This document shows, piece after piece, positions 12,451-23,363 of a DNA stretch of 64,000 nucleotides. The stretch lies in NCBI GenBank assembly GCA_977017645.1, contig OZ360223.1:29140001-29204000 (forward strand), read 5' to 3'. A model generated the notes under the pieces. The model ran no database searches. It saw only the letters and a program-made list of their open reading frames with translations, and was not told the DNA's origin. Made by a program: the position numbers and the translations under genes. Position 1 is the stretch's first letter, and every line of letters begins with the position of its first letter. Source of the stretch: Torpedo marmorata. Lineage: Eukaryota.

Positions 12451-13342
12451 TCCTAATATCTGATTCAGAAGCCCAAACATTATTGAACTCTATTCAGTCT
12501 TCTAGTTTGCCCAACATCCTAGATCTTTCCATTGACAACTACTGTTAACCTAGAGTTAGGCCAAGCTTAAGTTAACCTTGTTTGGCTATAAATTGCAAGT
12601 AGAGACAAATGACTCACTGAAGCTTAATACAGCACCAACTTGGTTTAAAAAATATATATGTATTTTTACACACACATATTACATACATACACTCACAAAC
12701 ACCTCAAAGCCCTCCAGTAAATTCTGCTCTGGAACGGCTGTTGCAGACACAAAAATCCAACTAATTTTGGAGGAGAAATTTATGTTTCTTTGAACTGAAT
12801 ACTTCAACAACTTACTGGATTGTTAAATGCTCAACTGTTTATTGAAAATATAGAACAACTTCCAAATGCCCGTAGAAGTGTAAGCGCACCTGTAATTTCA
12901 AGAGTTTTGCAAAGATCATGTTAGACAATATGAAGTATTCGTATAACCATTCAGACTAAAACTACTGAAGCATGCTACCTGCACTGAAAGAGCCTCAAGT
13001 CCATTAGCAAACATATTCAATGGGACTTAAAACCGTCAGGTTTATAGATCGAAAACCTCATTTATAATACAGCTGAGAGACAACTTTTAATAAACTATTT
13101 ATTTCATCAGTACATAGGGAACAAGTGCTGTTTTAAAAAGTTCATGAAAATTTCAATATTAAAGGGAATATACATCTTACAACAGCTCATTTCAATAGTA
13201 TTTGGTTACAGAATGCATAGGATTATGGATATGACAAAACAATAAGGAGTTGCAGAACATGGTTACCTGGGAAGTCAAAAATTCTTTGTATAGTGATCCA
13301 GTACAGTTCATTGTGTAATAAACATTGGTATTGCAAGAACAC

Positions 13343-14029
13343 TCATTCATCAGTTTTCCGGGCCAGTCTACAAAAAGTCCAGTTGTGTTCCACAGTATTT
13401 TCATTTGCTCTCTCACTCATGTGATGCACCCTCGTCATTCTAATAGAAAAGCCCTGCTTTGCGATGTATTCCATCAGATAAACACGAAGAGAAACCTCCT
13501 GGTGATAGTCACAGGGTCCAAATGTGAACGACACCTGAAAGTCTCTAGTATCCATCATGTGTTTATTCCATTTTGTGAAATAGTTTGAGATACCCTCCAG
13601 CAGCGCATGCACTTTTGTTGTGATCGTCAGTTGCGTTATTATAACAGCGACTGGATTGGAATATTTGGAAAGTTTGCGTGTGCTAGAGAGTTCCACCACC
13701 TCCTCAAAGGTATCTAATGAATAAAGGGGCTTGGGGTCATTCAGACAGTGAATCAAAGGTTCTATCTGATAAAAATCAGCCTCCTTTCTAAGAAGATCAA
13801 TTTCTTTAAAGCCATGAGGTAGTATTAGATCTGCTGTCCTTAAAAAATTCAAGATGTATCTGAAGAGTGGTCCATCTCTATCAATGAAATAATTTCCTTG
13901 GGAGTCTTTAGCAGTGGGGAAATCTCCCCTGAACATTACACCTAACATGGAATCTGGGTACCTTGTTAGTGTGGAAATTGATGTTGAATACAAATGTCCT
14001 CCAACATTAAGAGTGACTGGGTCACCCAT
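13343..14029 (-). CDS. KCTD6: KCTD6 main coding exon (BTB/POZ domain protein)
   Basis: cctttcag acceptor at 14030-14031; MGDPVTLNVGGHLYSTS...FIDRDGPLFRYILNFLR...HNWTFCRLARKTDE*, near-identical to vertebrate KCTD6. Confidence 0.97.
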   Translation of the reverse strand: MGDPVTLNVGGHLYSTSISTLTRYPDSMLGVMFRGDFPTAKDSQGNYFIDRDGPLFRYILNFLRTADLILPHGFKEIDLLRKEADFYQIEPLIHCLNDPKPLYSLDTFEEVVELSSTRKLSKYSNPVAVIITQLTITTKVHALLEGISNYFTKWNKHMMDTRDFQVSFTFGPCDYHQEVSLRVYLMEYIAKQGFSIRMTRVHHMSERANENTVEHNWTFCRLARKTDE

Positions 14030-14691
14030 CTGAAAGGAAAAAATCAAAAGTAAAACATGATAGAATTAAAGAATTGTTAGAGCCTGAAAGGAAGTCATTC
14101 AGTTCATTAAATATATACATAATAACAAACCAATTAGTTCTAGTCCTCCACACTCTCCTTATACTTGCAGGTTCTTTCCCTAGACATAATTGGCTCCCCT
14201 TTGAACCCAACATTTGTCTCTACCACAACGCCTGACAGTGTATGGCATTGAGTAAAAAAACAATCGCCTTATTGGTGATTCCATAATTTTTTGTCTGAAC
14301 TATATACAAAAAATATTTAACAATATGTAAACATTTCATCCACAAATTCATTGTGATTTTATACAAATCTTAAAGACAAAAATCAAGTATTAAAGCCACA
14401 GGGTACATACAATTCAAAAGCGTTCACTCGAGCTCTAATTTAAATTTTAAATTTAGACATACACCACGGTAACAGGCCATTTCGGCCCACGAGTCCGTGC
14501 CGCCCAATTTACACCCAATTAACGTTTCAAATCGTGGAATATAATTTCAAAAACATTTATTTTCCCCTTTTCACATCTTAAGTATGGGTTCTTAAGCAGT
14601 ATTTCGCATTGACAACCTTATTTGACACCAGACTTTTGTACACATTATGCCTGCCGACGGCGCAGTGTCCTTAAACAGCACAGATTAAATC

Positions 14692-15000
14692 TTTTTTTTA
14701 AAAAAACATTAAAAACTACAAAATATATGTAACCCTCAGGATAAGCTGCTCAGCAGTTTTTTTTGATAGTTTTTTTTATGAGAGTAGGTTAGGTGGGGTG
14801 TTTTTAAAAAAATATATATAATACTTTTGATGGTTTTTTTTCATTTCACCTACTGCAGTGAAGGGGAGACCGAGTTTATACTGTTTGAAGTTTTATCTTA
14901 ATATATATACATATGTGATATTGTATTTTCAGTTTCGTTCCCTTTTCTTCATTGTATTGTATTTCCTATAAAAACCAATAAAAAAAAGATTGAAAAAGAA
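14692..15000 (+). mobile_element. L1 3' UTR fragment in the KCTD6 intron
   Basis: TSD AGATTAAATC at 14682-14691 and 15001-15010; tail AATAAAAAAAAGATTGAAAAAGAA resembles the element at 1-495. Confidence 0.7.
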
Positions 15001-15317
15001 AGATTAAATCAGGAAATGCATGAAGTGTACCAGAAGAAAACACATTCTGGTAACTCTATTAAAGTATGTGACCCGTTTCTTTCATTTATCTTTAAACGCA
15101 GTTCATAAAATCGAAGGGACGGGGAAAATAAATGGATTAAAAAGCCACACGAATACCAACATTAATTAATTTGACATTGATCAAATAAGAAACTTCCCTG
15201 CGCTGCACAGAGGATCTGCTTCTGACAATGCAGTGAGGACAAATAAAAGCAACAAATGCAGGGAAGGCTCGGCTCGACGCCACTCATACCATGGCTCTGC
15301 CCGTTCGGAATCACGCA

Positions 15318-16844
15318 GGGTCAGCGATCAGCGGCGGGGTCAGCGATCAGCGGCGGGGTCAGCGATCAGCGGCGGGGCCAGCGATCAGCGGCGGGCCAGC
15401 GATCAGCGATCAGCGGCGGGCCAGCGATCAGCGGCGGGGTCAGCGATCAGCGGCGGGGTCAGCGATCAGCGGCGGGGTCAGCGATCAGCGGCGGGGTCAG
15501 CGATCAGCGGCGGGCCAGCGATCAGCGGCGGGGCCAGCGATCAGCGGCGGGGCCAGCGATCAGCGGCGGGGCCAGCGATCAGCGGCGGGGCCAGCGATCA
15601 GCGGCGGGGCCAGCGATCAGCGGCGGGCCAGCGATCAGCGGCGGGCCAGCGATCAGCGATCAGCGGCGGGGCCAGCGATCAGCGGCGGGGTCAGCGATCA
15701 GCGGCGGGCCAGCGATCAGCGGCGGGCCAGCGATCAGCGATCAGCGGCGGGCCAGCGATCAGCGGCGGGGTCAGCGATCAGCGGCGGGGCCAGCGATCAG
15801 CGGCGGGGCCAGCGATCAGCGATCAGCGGCGGGCCAGCGATCAGCGGCGGGGCCAGCGATCAGCGGCGGGGCCAGCGACCAGCGATCAGCGGCGGGGCCA
15901 GCGATCAGCGATGGGGCCAGCGACCAGCGATCAGCGGCGGGCCAGCGACCAGCGGCGGGGCCAGCGACCAGCGATCAGCGGCGGGGCCAGCGATCAGCGA
16001 TGGGGCCAGCGACCAGCGACCAGCGGCGGGGCCAGCGATCAGCGATCAGCGGCGGGGCCAGCGATCAGCGGCGGGGCCAGCGATCAGCGACCAGCGGCGG
16101 GCCAGCGATCAGCGGCGGGGCCAGCGACCAGCGGCGGGGCCAGCGATCAGCGGCGGGGCCAGCGATCAGCGGCGGGCCAGCGATCAGCGGCGGGCCAGCG
16201 ATCAGCGGCGGGGTCAGCGATCAGCGGCGGGGCCAGCGATCAGCGGCGGGGCCAGCGATCAGCGATCAGCGGCGGGCCAGCGACCAGCGGCGGGGCCAGC
16301 GATCAGCGGCGGGGCCAGCGATCAGCGGCGGGGCCAGCGATCAGCGGCGGGGCCAGCGATCAGCGGCGGGCCAGCGATCAGCGATCAGCGGCGGGCCAGC
16401 GATCAGCGGCGGGGTCAGCGATCAGCGGCGGGGCCAGCGATCAGCGGCGGGGCCAGCGACCAGCGATCAGCGGCGGGGCCAGCGATCAGCGGCGGGGCCA
16501 GCGACCAGCGATCAGCGGCGGGGCCAGCGATCAGCGATGGGGCCAGCGACCAGCGATCAGCGGCGGGCCAGCGACCAGCGATCAGCGGCGGGGCCAGCGA
16601 TCAGCGATGGGGCCAGCGACCAGCGACCAGCGGCGGGCCAGCGATCAGCGGCGGGGCCAGCGATCAGCGGCGGGGCCAGCGATCAGCGACCAGCGGCGGG
16701 CCAGCGATCAGCGGCGGGGCCAGCGATCAGCGGCGGGGCCAGCGATCAGCGACCAGCGGCGGGCCAGCGATCAGCGGCGGGGCCAGCGACCAGCGGCGGG
16801 GCCAGCGATCAGCGGCGGGGCCAGCGATCAGCGGCGGGGCCAGC
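15318..16844. repeat. GC/CpG-rich minisatellite, 19-bp unit CAGCGATCAGCGGCGGGGC (~75 units, with 18-bp and +7-bp variants), in the KCTD6 intron
   Basis: Tandem array read directly; ends ~120 bp from the KCTD6 first coding exon. Confidence 0.98.
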
Positions 16845-16965
16845 ACGCCCGCCCACTCCTCGGATCGCCACGCTGCAGCCCAGCCTGAAGCCCCAGCGCC
16901 CGCCGCCTGCGGGGTCGCTGTGGCACGGGGCGTAACTTCAACCCTTCTTCCATAGCCGTACTCAC

Positions 16966-16992
16966 CATCTGGCCCCAGTCTCCATTATCCAT
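16966..16992 (-). CDS. KCTD6: KCTD6 first coding exon (MDNGDWGQM)
   Basis: Minus strand ATGGATAATGGAGACTGGGGCCAGATG followed by a gtgag donor; matches the known KCTD6 N-terminus MDNGDWGYM; spliced product 237 aa. Confidence 0.93.
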
Positions 16993-17240
16993 CTGACCGC
17001 GAGCTCTTAACGCTCTACCCGGGGGAGCAGCTTTGTCCCGTTAGCACAAGCGGTACCGACGAACGCACCACAATGCCGCCGCCGCCGCGGCCGCCCCCGC
17101 AATCGTGAGTAAGCCGTCCCGTCACTCGCCACGGGGAGTCGCCGGCAGGCAGCCGCACATGCGCATTGGGCACGGCTGTCCAAATCATGGAACAGCTTTG
17201 ACCATTTGAACTGGGCGCCGCCATCTTTTATAAAGGCAGA
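16993..17240 (-). promoter_or_regulatory. Probable KCTD6 CpG-island promoter / 5' UTR
   Basis: CpG-rich, (GCC)n run, NRF1-like GCACATGCGCA, YY1-like GCCGCCATCTT and TATA-like TTATAAAA (minus strand) at ~17215-17233; TSS not determinable. Confidence 0.5.
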
Positions 17241-17344
17241 GAATTTTACCATGGGAAGTAATCCACAAGCAAAGGAAACGTTAACTATATTTCTCTCACC
17301 ATAGACGGTGTTGGAGTATTTCTTGTAGGATAGGAAACAGAGAT

Positions 17345-18136
17345 ACCCAAGATGGCGGCGCTGTAGCGGCAGCGCTGCCGCCGGTGCGGACCCGCGGGGA
17401 GTGTGGGAGCGGAGATACAGCGCTCCCGCGGGGTCCATCCGCCCAGTCGACTGCCATTGGTTCCGCACGGGCTTTGAACAGCCCGTTAAAGGAGCCAAGA
17501 TGGCAGCGCCTTTTAACCAGCAGCAGCCACGAGGGGCTGCAGACTCCGGGGAAGCGGGGGACTGGAGCAGGGCACCAGTGGACGGGAAGATCACCCCCGT
17601 CTGAGAAGGAGAAGAGGAGGAGACGACCCATGGGACGGTGAGCACGGCGGCGGACCGGTGAGGGGCTCTGAGGCTGAAGGACCAGTGCATGCGGCGGGCT
17701 GCTGGCGACTCGAGGCGAGGAACCCGCGGAGGCTGTGGGCTGCTGGAGACTGCTGTCGGGGGACTCACGCTGGGCTGCGGACTGCTGGAGGTTGGCTCGA
17801 ACTGGCTGGAGGAGTACCAGGTATCGGAACCGGGATGTGAGGGGGTGCCGAGGGCGACCTGACCGTGTTGGAGGTTCGGATCTGGAGCTCGGGATGCCGA
17901 TCATTTGGACTGGACTCTGTGTGGCTGCGTAAGCGCTGGAGGCGAATCTATGGACACTCGGTGACTCTGGGGGGACTCTCTTTTGCTTCTCTTTCTCTGA
18001 CTGTAAGGAATGTTAGAGGCGCTTAGGCAATTTCTGCCGATGGCGAATCTGTCTGCCTTGCAGCAGGCAAAAAGAAATTTCATGGTATATGACACTGTCT
18101 TATTGCTATGACAATAAATTGAATCTTGAATCTTGA
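17345..18136 (+). mobile_element. Non-autonomous GC-rich retroposon with a Rex1/Babar-type tail
   Basis: Starts near CAAGATGGCGGCG; ends GAAATTTCATG...TGACAATAAATT(GAATCTT)2; no credible ORF. Confidence 0.6.
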
Positions 18137-18137
18137 G

Positions 18138-18662
18138 AGGGCAGTAGTGGAGGGTTGTTACTCAGATTGGGCGCCTGTGACCAGTGTTGTGCCACAGAAA
18201 TAAGAAATAACTGTTGTTTGTCATCTATATTATCGACTTGAATGACAATAGTAAGTTTATGGATGACACCAAAATTGTGACGATTACAACAGGGAAAGTG
18301 GGCCAAACAATGGCAGATGAAATTTAACTTGGACAAGTGCAAGGTGTTGCACTTTGGTAGGTTAAGCCAGGGCAGATCTTGCACTGTGAATGGTAGAGCC
18401 CTGGGAGTGTTGCAGGTAAGACTTGGTGGTATAGGTACATAGTTCCATGAAGTGGCAATGCAGGGAGACAGGGTGATGAACAAGGGCTTTGGCACACTTA
18501 CCTTGATCAGTAAGGGCATTGAGGACAGGAGCAGGAATGCCATGTTACACTTGAAACATTTCAAATGTTGAAAGGCATGGACAGAGTAGATGTAGAAAGG
18601 TTGTTTCCCATGGTGGGAGAGTCTAGGATAAGAGGGCACAAGTTAAGGATTGAAGGGCATCC
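18138..18662 (+). mobile_element. Degraded CR1 LINE RT fragment
   Basis: Remnants of VTSGVPQ, DDTK and WQMKFNLDKCKVLHFG motifs. Confidence 0.7.
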
Positions 18663-19153
18663 TGATGATTATATCTTGGTACACATGTCAATAAATAACA
18701 AACAATAAATAAAGTCTCAACCCAAAACATTGACTCTGTTTCCCTCCACCGATGCTGCATGACCTGCTCTTGCAACTCCTTTTTTGCACTTTTATGTATT
18801 CAATTTCCCCTGTGATAAATGATAACATTCCAGTAACTTTTTTAACTAGTTGCTCTCCCCACATATTACCATTTTGCAATTCTCTGCATGTCAGAGCTTA
18901 GCAAACCTTCCACTATTTAGAAAAATATGACTTAGTTTTTACTGCCAAAATGAACAATTTCACATTTTCCCACTTTGTTCTCACTTTCATTGTTTCCCAT
19001 TTTGATGGTGGCTCCTTATCAAATTCCTTCTGAAAATCTAAGTAAAGTTCAATCATCATTTCACCTCACACAGCACTTTACTTCTTCAAAGAACTCCAAG
19101 AAATTGGTCAAGCATACTTTGCCTTTCACCAAACCATGTTAACTTTGTCCAGA

Positions 19154-21552
19154 ATCAGAATTTATTGTCATGAACAAGTCATGAAATTCGGTGTTTTGCG
19201 GCAGCATCATAGTGCAATTAACATTCATATTTACCATCTAACGACATTACTATACAAAATTATAAACAATAGTGCACGAAAAGTAAGGCAGTGTCTTTGG
19301 TTCATTGATTATTCAGGAATCTGATGGCAGCGGGGAAGAAGCTGTCCTTGTGCCGTTGAGTGCTCGTCTTTAGGCTCCTGTACCTTTTTCCCAATGGAAG
19401 CAGAGTGAAGAGGGCATGGCCTGGGTGGTGGGGGTCCTTGAGGATAGAGGCTGCTTTTTTAAGACACCGCCTCATGTAGATGTCCTCGATGGAGTGAAGT
19501 TTGGTGCCTGTGATGTCACAGGCCGAGTTAACAACCTTCTGGAGTTTACTCTTGTCCTGGGAGTTGGCGCCGCCATACCAGGCAGTGATGCAACCAGCCA
19601 GAATGCTCTCCACGGTACACCTGTAGAAGTTTACAAGAGTCTTTGGTGACATACCGAATCTCCGCAAACACCTCACAAAGTATAGCCGCTGACGAGCCTT
19701 CTTTGTGATTGCATCCACGTCGATGCTCCAGGACAGATCCTCGGAGATGTTGACACCCAGGAATTTGAAGTTCTTGACCCTCTCCACTACAGAGCCCTTG
19801 ATGAGGACTGGGTCGTGTTCCCCTGACTTCCTCCGGAAGTCCACAATCATCTCCTTGGTTTTGCTGACATTGAGCTCAAGGTTGTTGTCATTACACCATT
19901 CAACGAGCTGATCTATCTCCCTCCTGTACGCTTCCTCATTGCCGTTTGTGATTATGCCGACAACTGTGGTGTCATCGGCAAACTTGTATATGGCATTGGA
20001 ATTGTGCCTGGCCACACAGTCATGAGTGTATAATGAGTAGAGCAGTGGACTAAGCACGCATCCTTGGGGTGCGCCTGTGTTGATAATCAGTGAGGAGACG
20101 ACGTTGTTTCCAATTCGTACTGACTGTGGTCTTCCAATGAGAAAGTCAAGGATCCAGTTGCAGAGGGGTGTACAGAGGCCTAGAGTTTGTAGTTTCTTGA
20201 CCAGCACTGAGGGAATAATGGTATTGAAGGCCGAGCTGTAGTCGATGAAGAGCAACCGTATGTATGAATTGCTGTTTTCGAGGTGATCCAGAGCTGAGTG
20301 GAGAGCCAGCGATATTGCATCTGCTGTGGAGCGATTGTGGCGATAGGCGAATTGCAGTGGGTCCAGATCTTTGCTTAGGTATGTGTTAATTCTGGCCATG
20401 ACCAGCCTCTCAAAGCATTTCATCACAGTAGAAGTTAGTGCTACTGGGCGGTAGCCGTTGAGGCAGCTCACACTGCTCTTCTTGGGTACCGGGATGATTG
20501 ATGCCCTTTTGAAGCAGGTGGGAACCTCTGACTGCCGCAATGAGAGGTTGAAAATGGCCGTGAACACTCCGGCTAGTTAGTTGGTGCAGATTTTCAATAC
20601 CCTGCCAGGTACTCCGTCAGGGCCTGACGCCTTGCGAGGGTTCACCCTCTTGAATGATGTTCTGACGTCGCCCTCAGAGACAGATATCACAGGGTCCTCA
20701 GCCTTTTCAGGGATTCTATTAGGCACTGTTTTGTTCTTCTTCTCAAAGCGGGCATAGAAGGTGTTCAGCTCATCGGGTAGTGAAGCATCACAGCCGTCTA
20801 TAGTGTTCGCCCTCGCTTTGTAGGCTGTAATGGCCTGCACTCCCTGCCATAGCTGGCGTGTATCTGTCTCTGTCTCTAGCTTCCTCCGGAATTGCCACTT
20901 TGCTTCAGAGATGGCCTTCCGCAGGTCGTGCCTGGACTTTTTGTAAAGATCCCGGTCCCCGGGCTTAAACGCCCTTGTTCTCGTCCTCAGCAGGTTGCGA
21001 ATTCTTTGATTCATCCAGGGCTTCTGGTTGGGGAGCACCCGGTATTTGCGCGTGGGCACACACTCCTCCACGCAGGTCTTGAGGAAGTCGGTGACACCTG
21101 TTGCATATTCATTTAGGTCTATGGCTGAGTGCTTGAATATGTTCCAGTCCACCAATTCAAAGCAGTCCTGCAGACGCTCCTCCGCCCCCCTCGACCACAC
21201 TTTCGCCGTCCTTACCACTGGTGCTGTGGTCTTCAGTCTCTGCTTGTACGCCGGGAGTAGAAGTACAGCCAGGTGATCAGACTTGCCGAAGTGCGGTCGT
21301 GGTATGGCTCGGTATGTGTTCTTCACGGTGGTGTAGCAGTGGTCGAGTGTGTTGGTTCCCCTGGTCTCGCAAGTGATGTGTTGGTGGTAGTTTGTCAGTG
21401 ACTTCTTCAGATTGGCCTGATTGAAGTCTCCCACAATGATCGGGAAGGCATCAGGATGTGCTGTCTCATGGCTGTTTATCACAGTGCTCAGTCCCTCCAG
21501 TGCCAGCCTGACGTTAGCCTGGGGCGGAATGTACACTGCGACCAGGATGATG
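19154..21552 (-). mobile_element. Young 5'-truncated Rex1/Babar-type LINE (endonuclease C-terminus plus RT)
   Basis: ORFs 20577-21608 and 19302-20567 are one frame split by a single TAA; motifs [45 protein letters not shown]; (ATTCTG)n tail; possible TSD GTCCAGA at 19147-19153 and 21553-21559. Confidence 0.9.
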
Positions 21553-21809
21553 GTCCAGAGGTGATAGTAAACCAGAACAGTGTAAAAGTAAGAAAGTGGT
21601 GGCCACAATAATTACAAACGAGTTAAATCAGCAATGTTAGCAAGGCCACCATAAGCGGTGACAAATTTAATTTAATTTCTCTTCTGATTTTGCCAGATTA
21701 CCTTGATATTTTGTATGAATCAGAATCTTAGAAAGATGCAGCACAGAAATAGGCTCTCAGTCCTCTGACTCCATGTCAAATATCAAGCACAAATTTTGAC
21801 ACTAATTCA

Positions 21810-22100
21810 TAGATTCATCAAGATACATCATGGAAACAAGCCCTTCAGACCAACTCAACTATGCCAACCAAGATGCTGAAACTAATCCCATTTATCTGAG
21901 TCTGGTCCACATTCCTCTAAATATTTCCTATCCATTTATTTGTCCAAATGTAGTTTTAAAGGTTGTAATTGTACCTGCCCCTTTCACTTTCTCTAACAGT
22001 TCATTCTATATATTCACCACCCACTGTGTGAAAACACATGCCCCTCAGATCCCCTTTAATCCTTTTCCCTTTCACCTTAAACCTGTGCCCATCCTACTTT
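21810..22100 (-). mobile_element. Degraded CR1 3' fragment
   Basis: Similar to the CR1 3' ends at 39560-39850 and 52106-52400. Confidence 0.6.
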
Positions 22101-22235
22101 ATTCTCCCCAGATTCCATCATTTATCCACAGTTGGGGCAACTAACAGTGGACAATTAACCTACCTACCTACTCCACAAGGTATTTGATAATAGCTTCTAA
22201 CATTTTCCTTGTGACAAATGTTAAGCTAACTGTTC

Positions 22236-23140
22236 TTTTTTTAACCAAAAATAGACTTTATTCACAATAAATTATTTACAATAGGAAAACCGTTCAAAGT
22301 CTCTTCCCACCCTTAGTTTCTTATCCATACAGTTCCATCACTGTACATTGTTGCATTCATTTCCATTTACACCATTACCACCATCTTGTCGTTACTCCCC
22401 CCTCTGTTGTTTGACGGGCTTCCGCTCGGTCTCAGCCGGCAGTATTCCCTCACTGACATTTCCATGTGCTGAAAGACCAACAAGATTCGGGTAGACCAAA
22501 GTGCGTCTTTCACCAAGTTGATGGTCTTCCAGCAGTTCTGGATGTCCGACTCTGTGTGCATCCCCGGGAACAGCTCATAGATCAGAGAGTCCTCTGTCAC
22601 GCTGCTGCTGGGGATGAACTGTGACAAGGACCCTTGCATCCTTCTCCACACACTCTGAGCAAATCTGCATTCTGCAAAGAGGTAGGTGACTGTCTCCACT
22701 CCACCGCAGTCATCTCAGGGACAACGTGCGTGGTGGGTGATATTCCGGTTGTACAGGCAGGATCTCACTGGGAGGGCTCCTCTCACCGCCAGCCAGGCCA
22801 AGTCCTGGTGCGTGTTCATGAGCACTAGCGATGAGGCATTCCGCCAGATGGCCTGGACAGTCTGCTCAAGGAACAACCCCACCAGGTCCATCGCGTCCTC
22901 ATCGCTCAGCGTCTGCAGGACGTTCTATGCAGACCGTGGCCTTGTGGTCAAAGGTGTTGGTCTGAAAAAAATGTTTCCACAAAGGATAGGTGGTGCAGCT
23001 GACCAGGGCAATGGGGCCAGGCCCATCCTTTGCGACAGTAAAACACGAAAGTCTGCCACACCTCGGTACTTGATGCTGTCTGTCCTGCTGCCGGACTCAC
23101 GCTGCTTGAAGGTCAGGTCCGTGTTGCCCCCCCCTCAACA
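22236..23140 (-). mobile_element. Tx1-like (L1 superfamily) LINE 3' fragment just upstream of PDHB
   Basis: ETVTYLFAECRFAQSVW...CWKTINLVKDALWSTR, a zf-RVT-like C-terminus; AATAAA and poly-A on the minus strand at ~22236-22262. Confidence 0.7.
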
Positions 23141-23327
23141 ACGCGAGATGAGCCTATTCCACCACGAGTGTATGCGCACCGCTATTGGCCAAAGCATGAC
23201 CGGTCATGGTTCGTGTCGTGGCCGCTGATTGGATGAAAATCGGCGTGAGGCATTCTCCTTCACTTGAGGTTGTCAGCGGCAGGTTTTCCGGCTGAACTTT
23301 TTATTCCCCTTGAGGACCATTCACGGA
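23140..23327 (+). promoter_or_regulatory. Probable PDHB proximal promoter
   Basis: CpG-containing stretch before the ATG with two inverted CCAAT boxes (ATTGG at ~23184 and ~23228). Confidence 0.5.
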
Positions 23328-23363
23328 ATGGCGGCGCTGAGGGCTCTGTTTCGCGGCGGAAAG
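23328..23363 (+). CDS. PDHB: PDHB exon 1 ([12 protein letters not shown], mitochondrial transit peptide)
   Basis: ATGGCG start, gtgtga donor, Arg-rich presequence. Confidence 0.8.

Noticed and set aside
14030-14047. KCTD6 N-terminus MIFSFQ from the ORF track
   Set aside because: This is the intronic polypyrimidine tract and acceptor; the real N-terminus is the exon at 16966-16992
15233-16955. Three overlapping ~550-aa ORFs
   Set aside because: They result from a stop-free 19-bp tandem repeat open in all three + frames, antisense within the KCTD6 intron; no support as protein genes
17007-17932. 253-aa, 202-aa and shorter ORFs near the KCTD6 promoter
   Set aside because: GC-rich, stop-poor sequence with no recognisable domain; overlaps promoter and TE DNA
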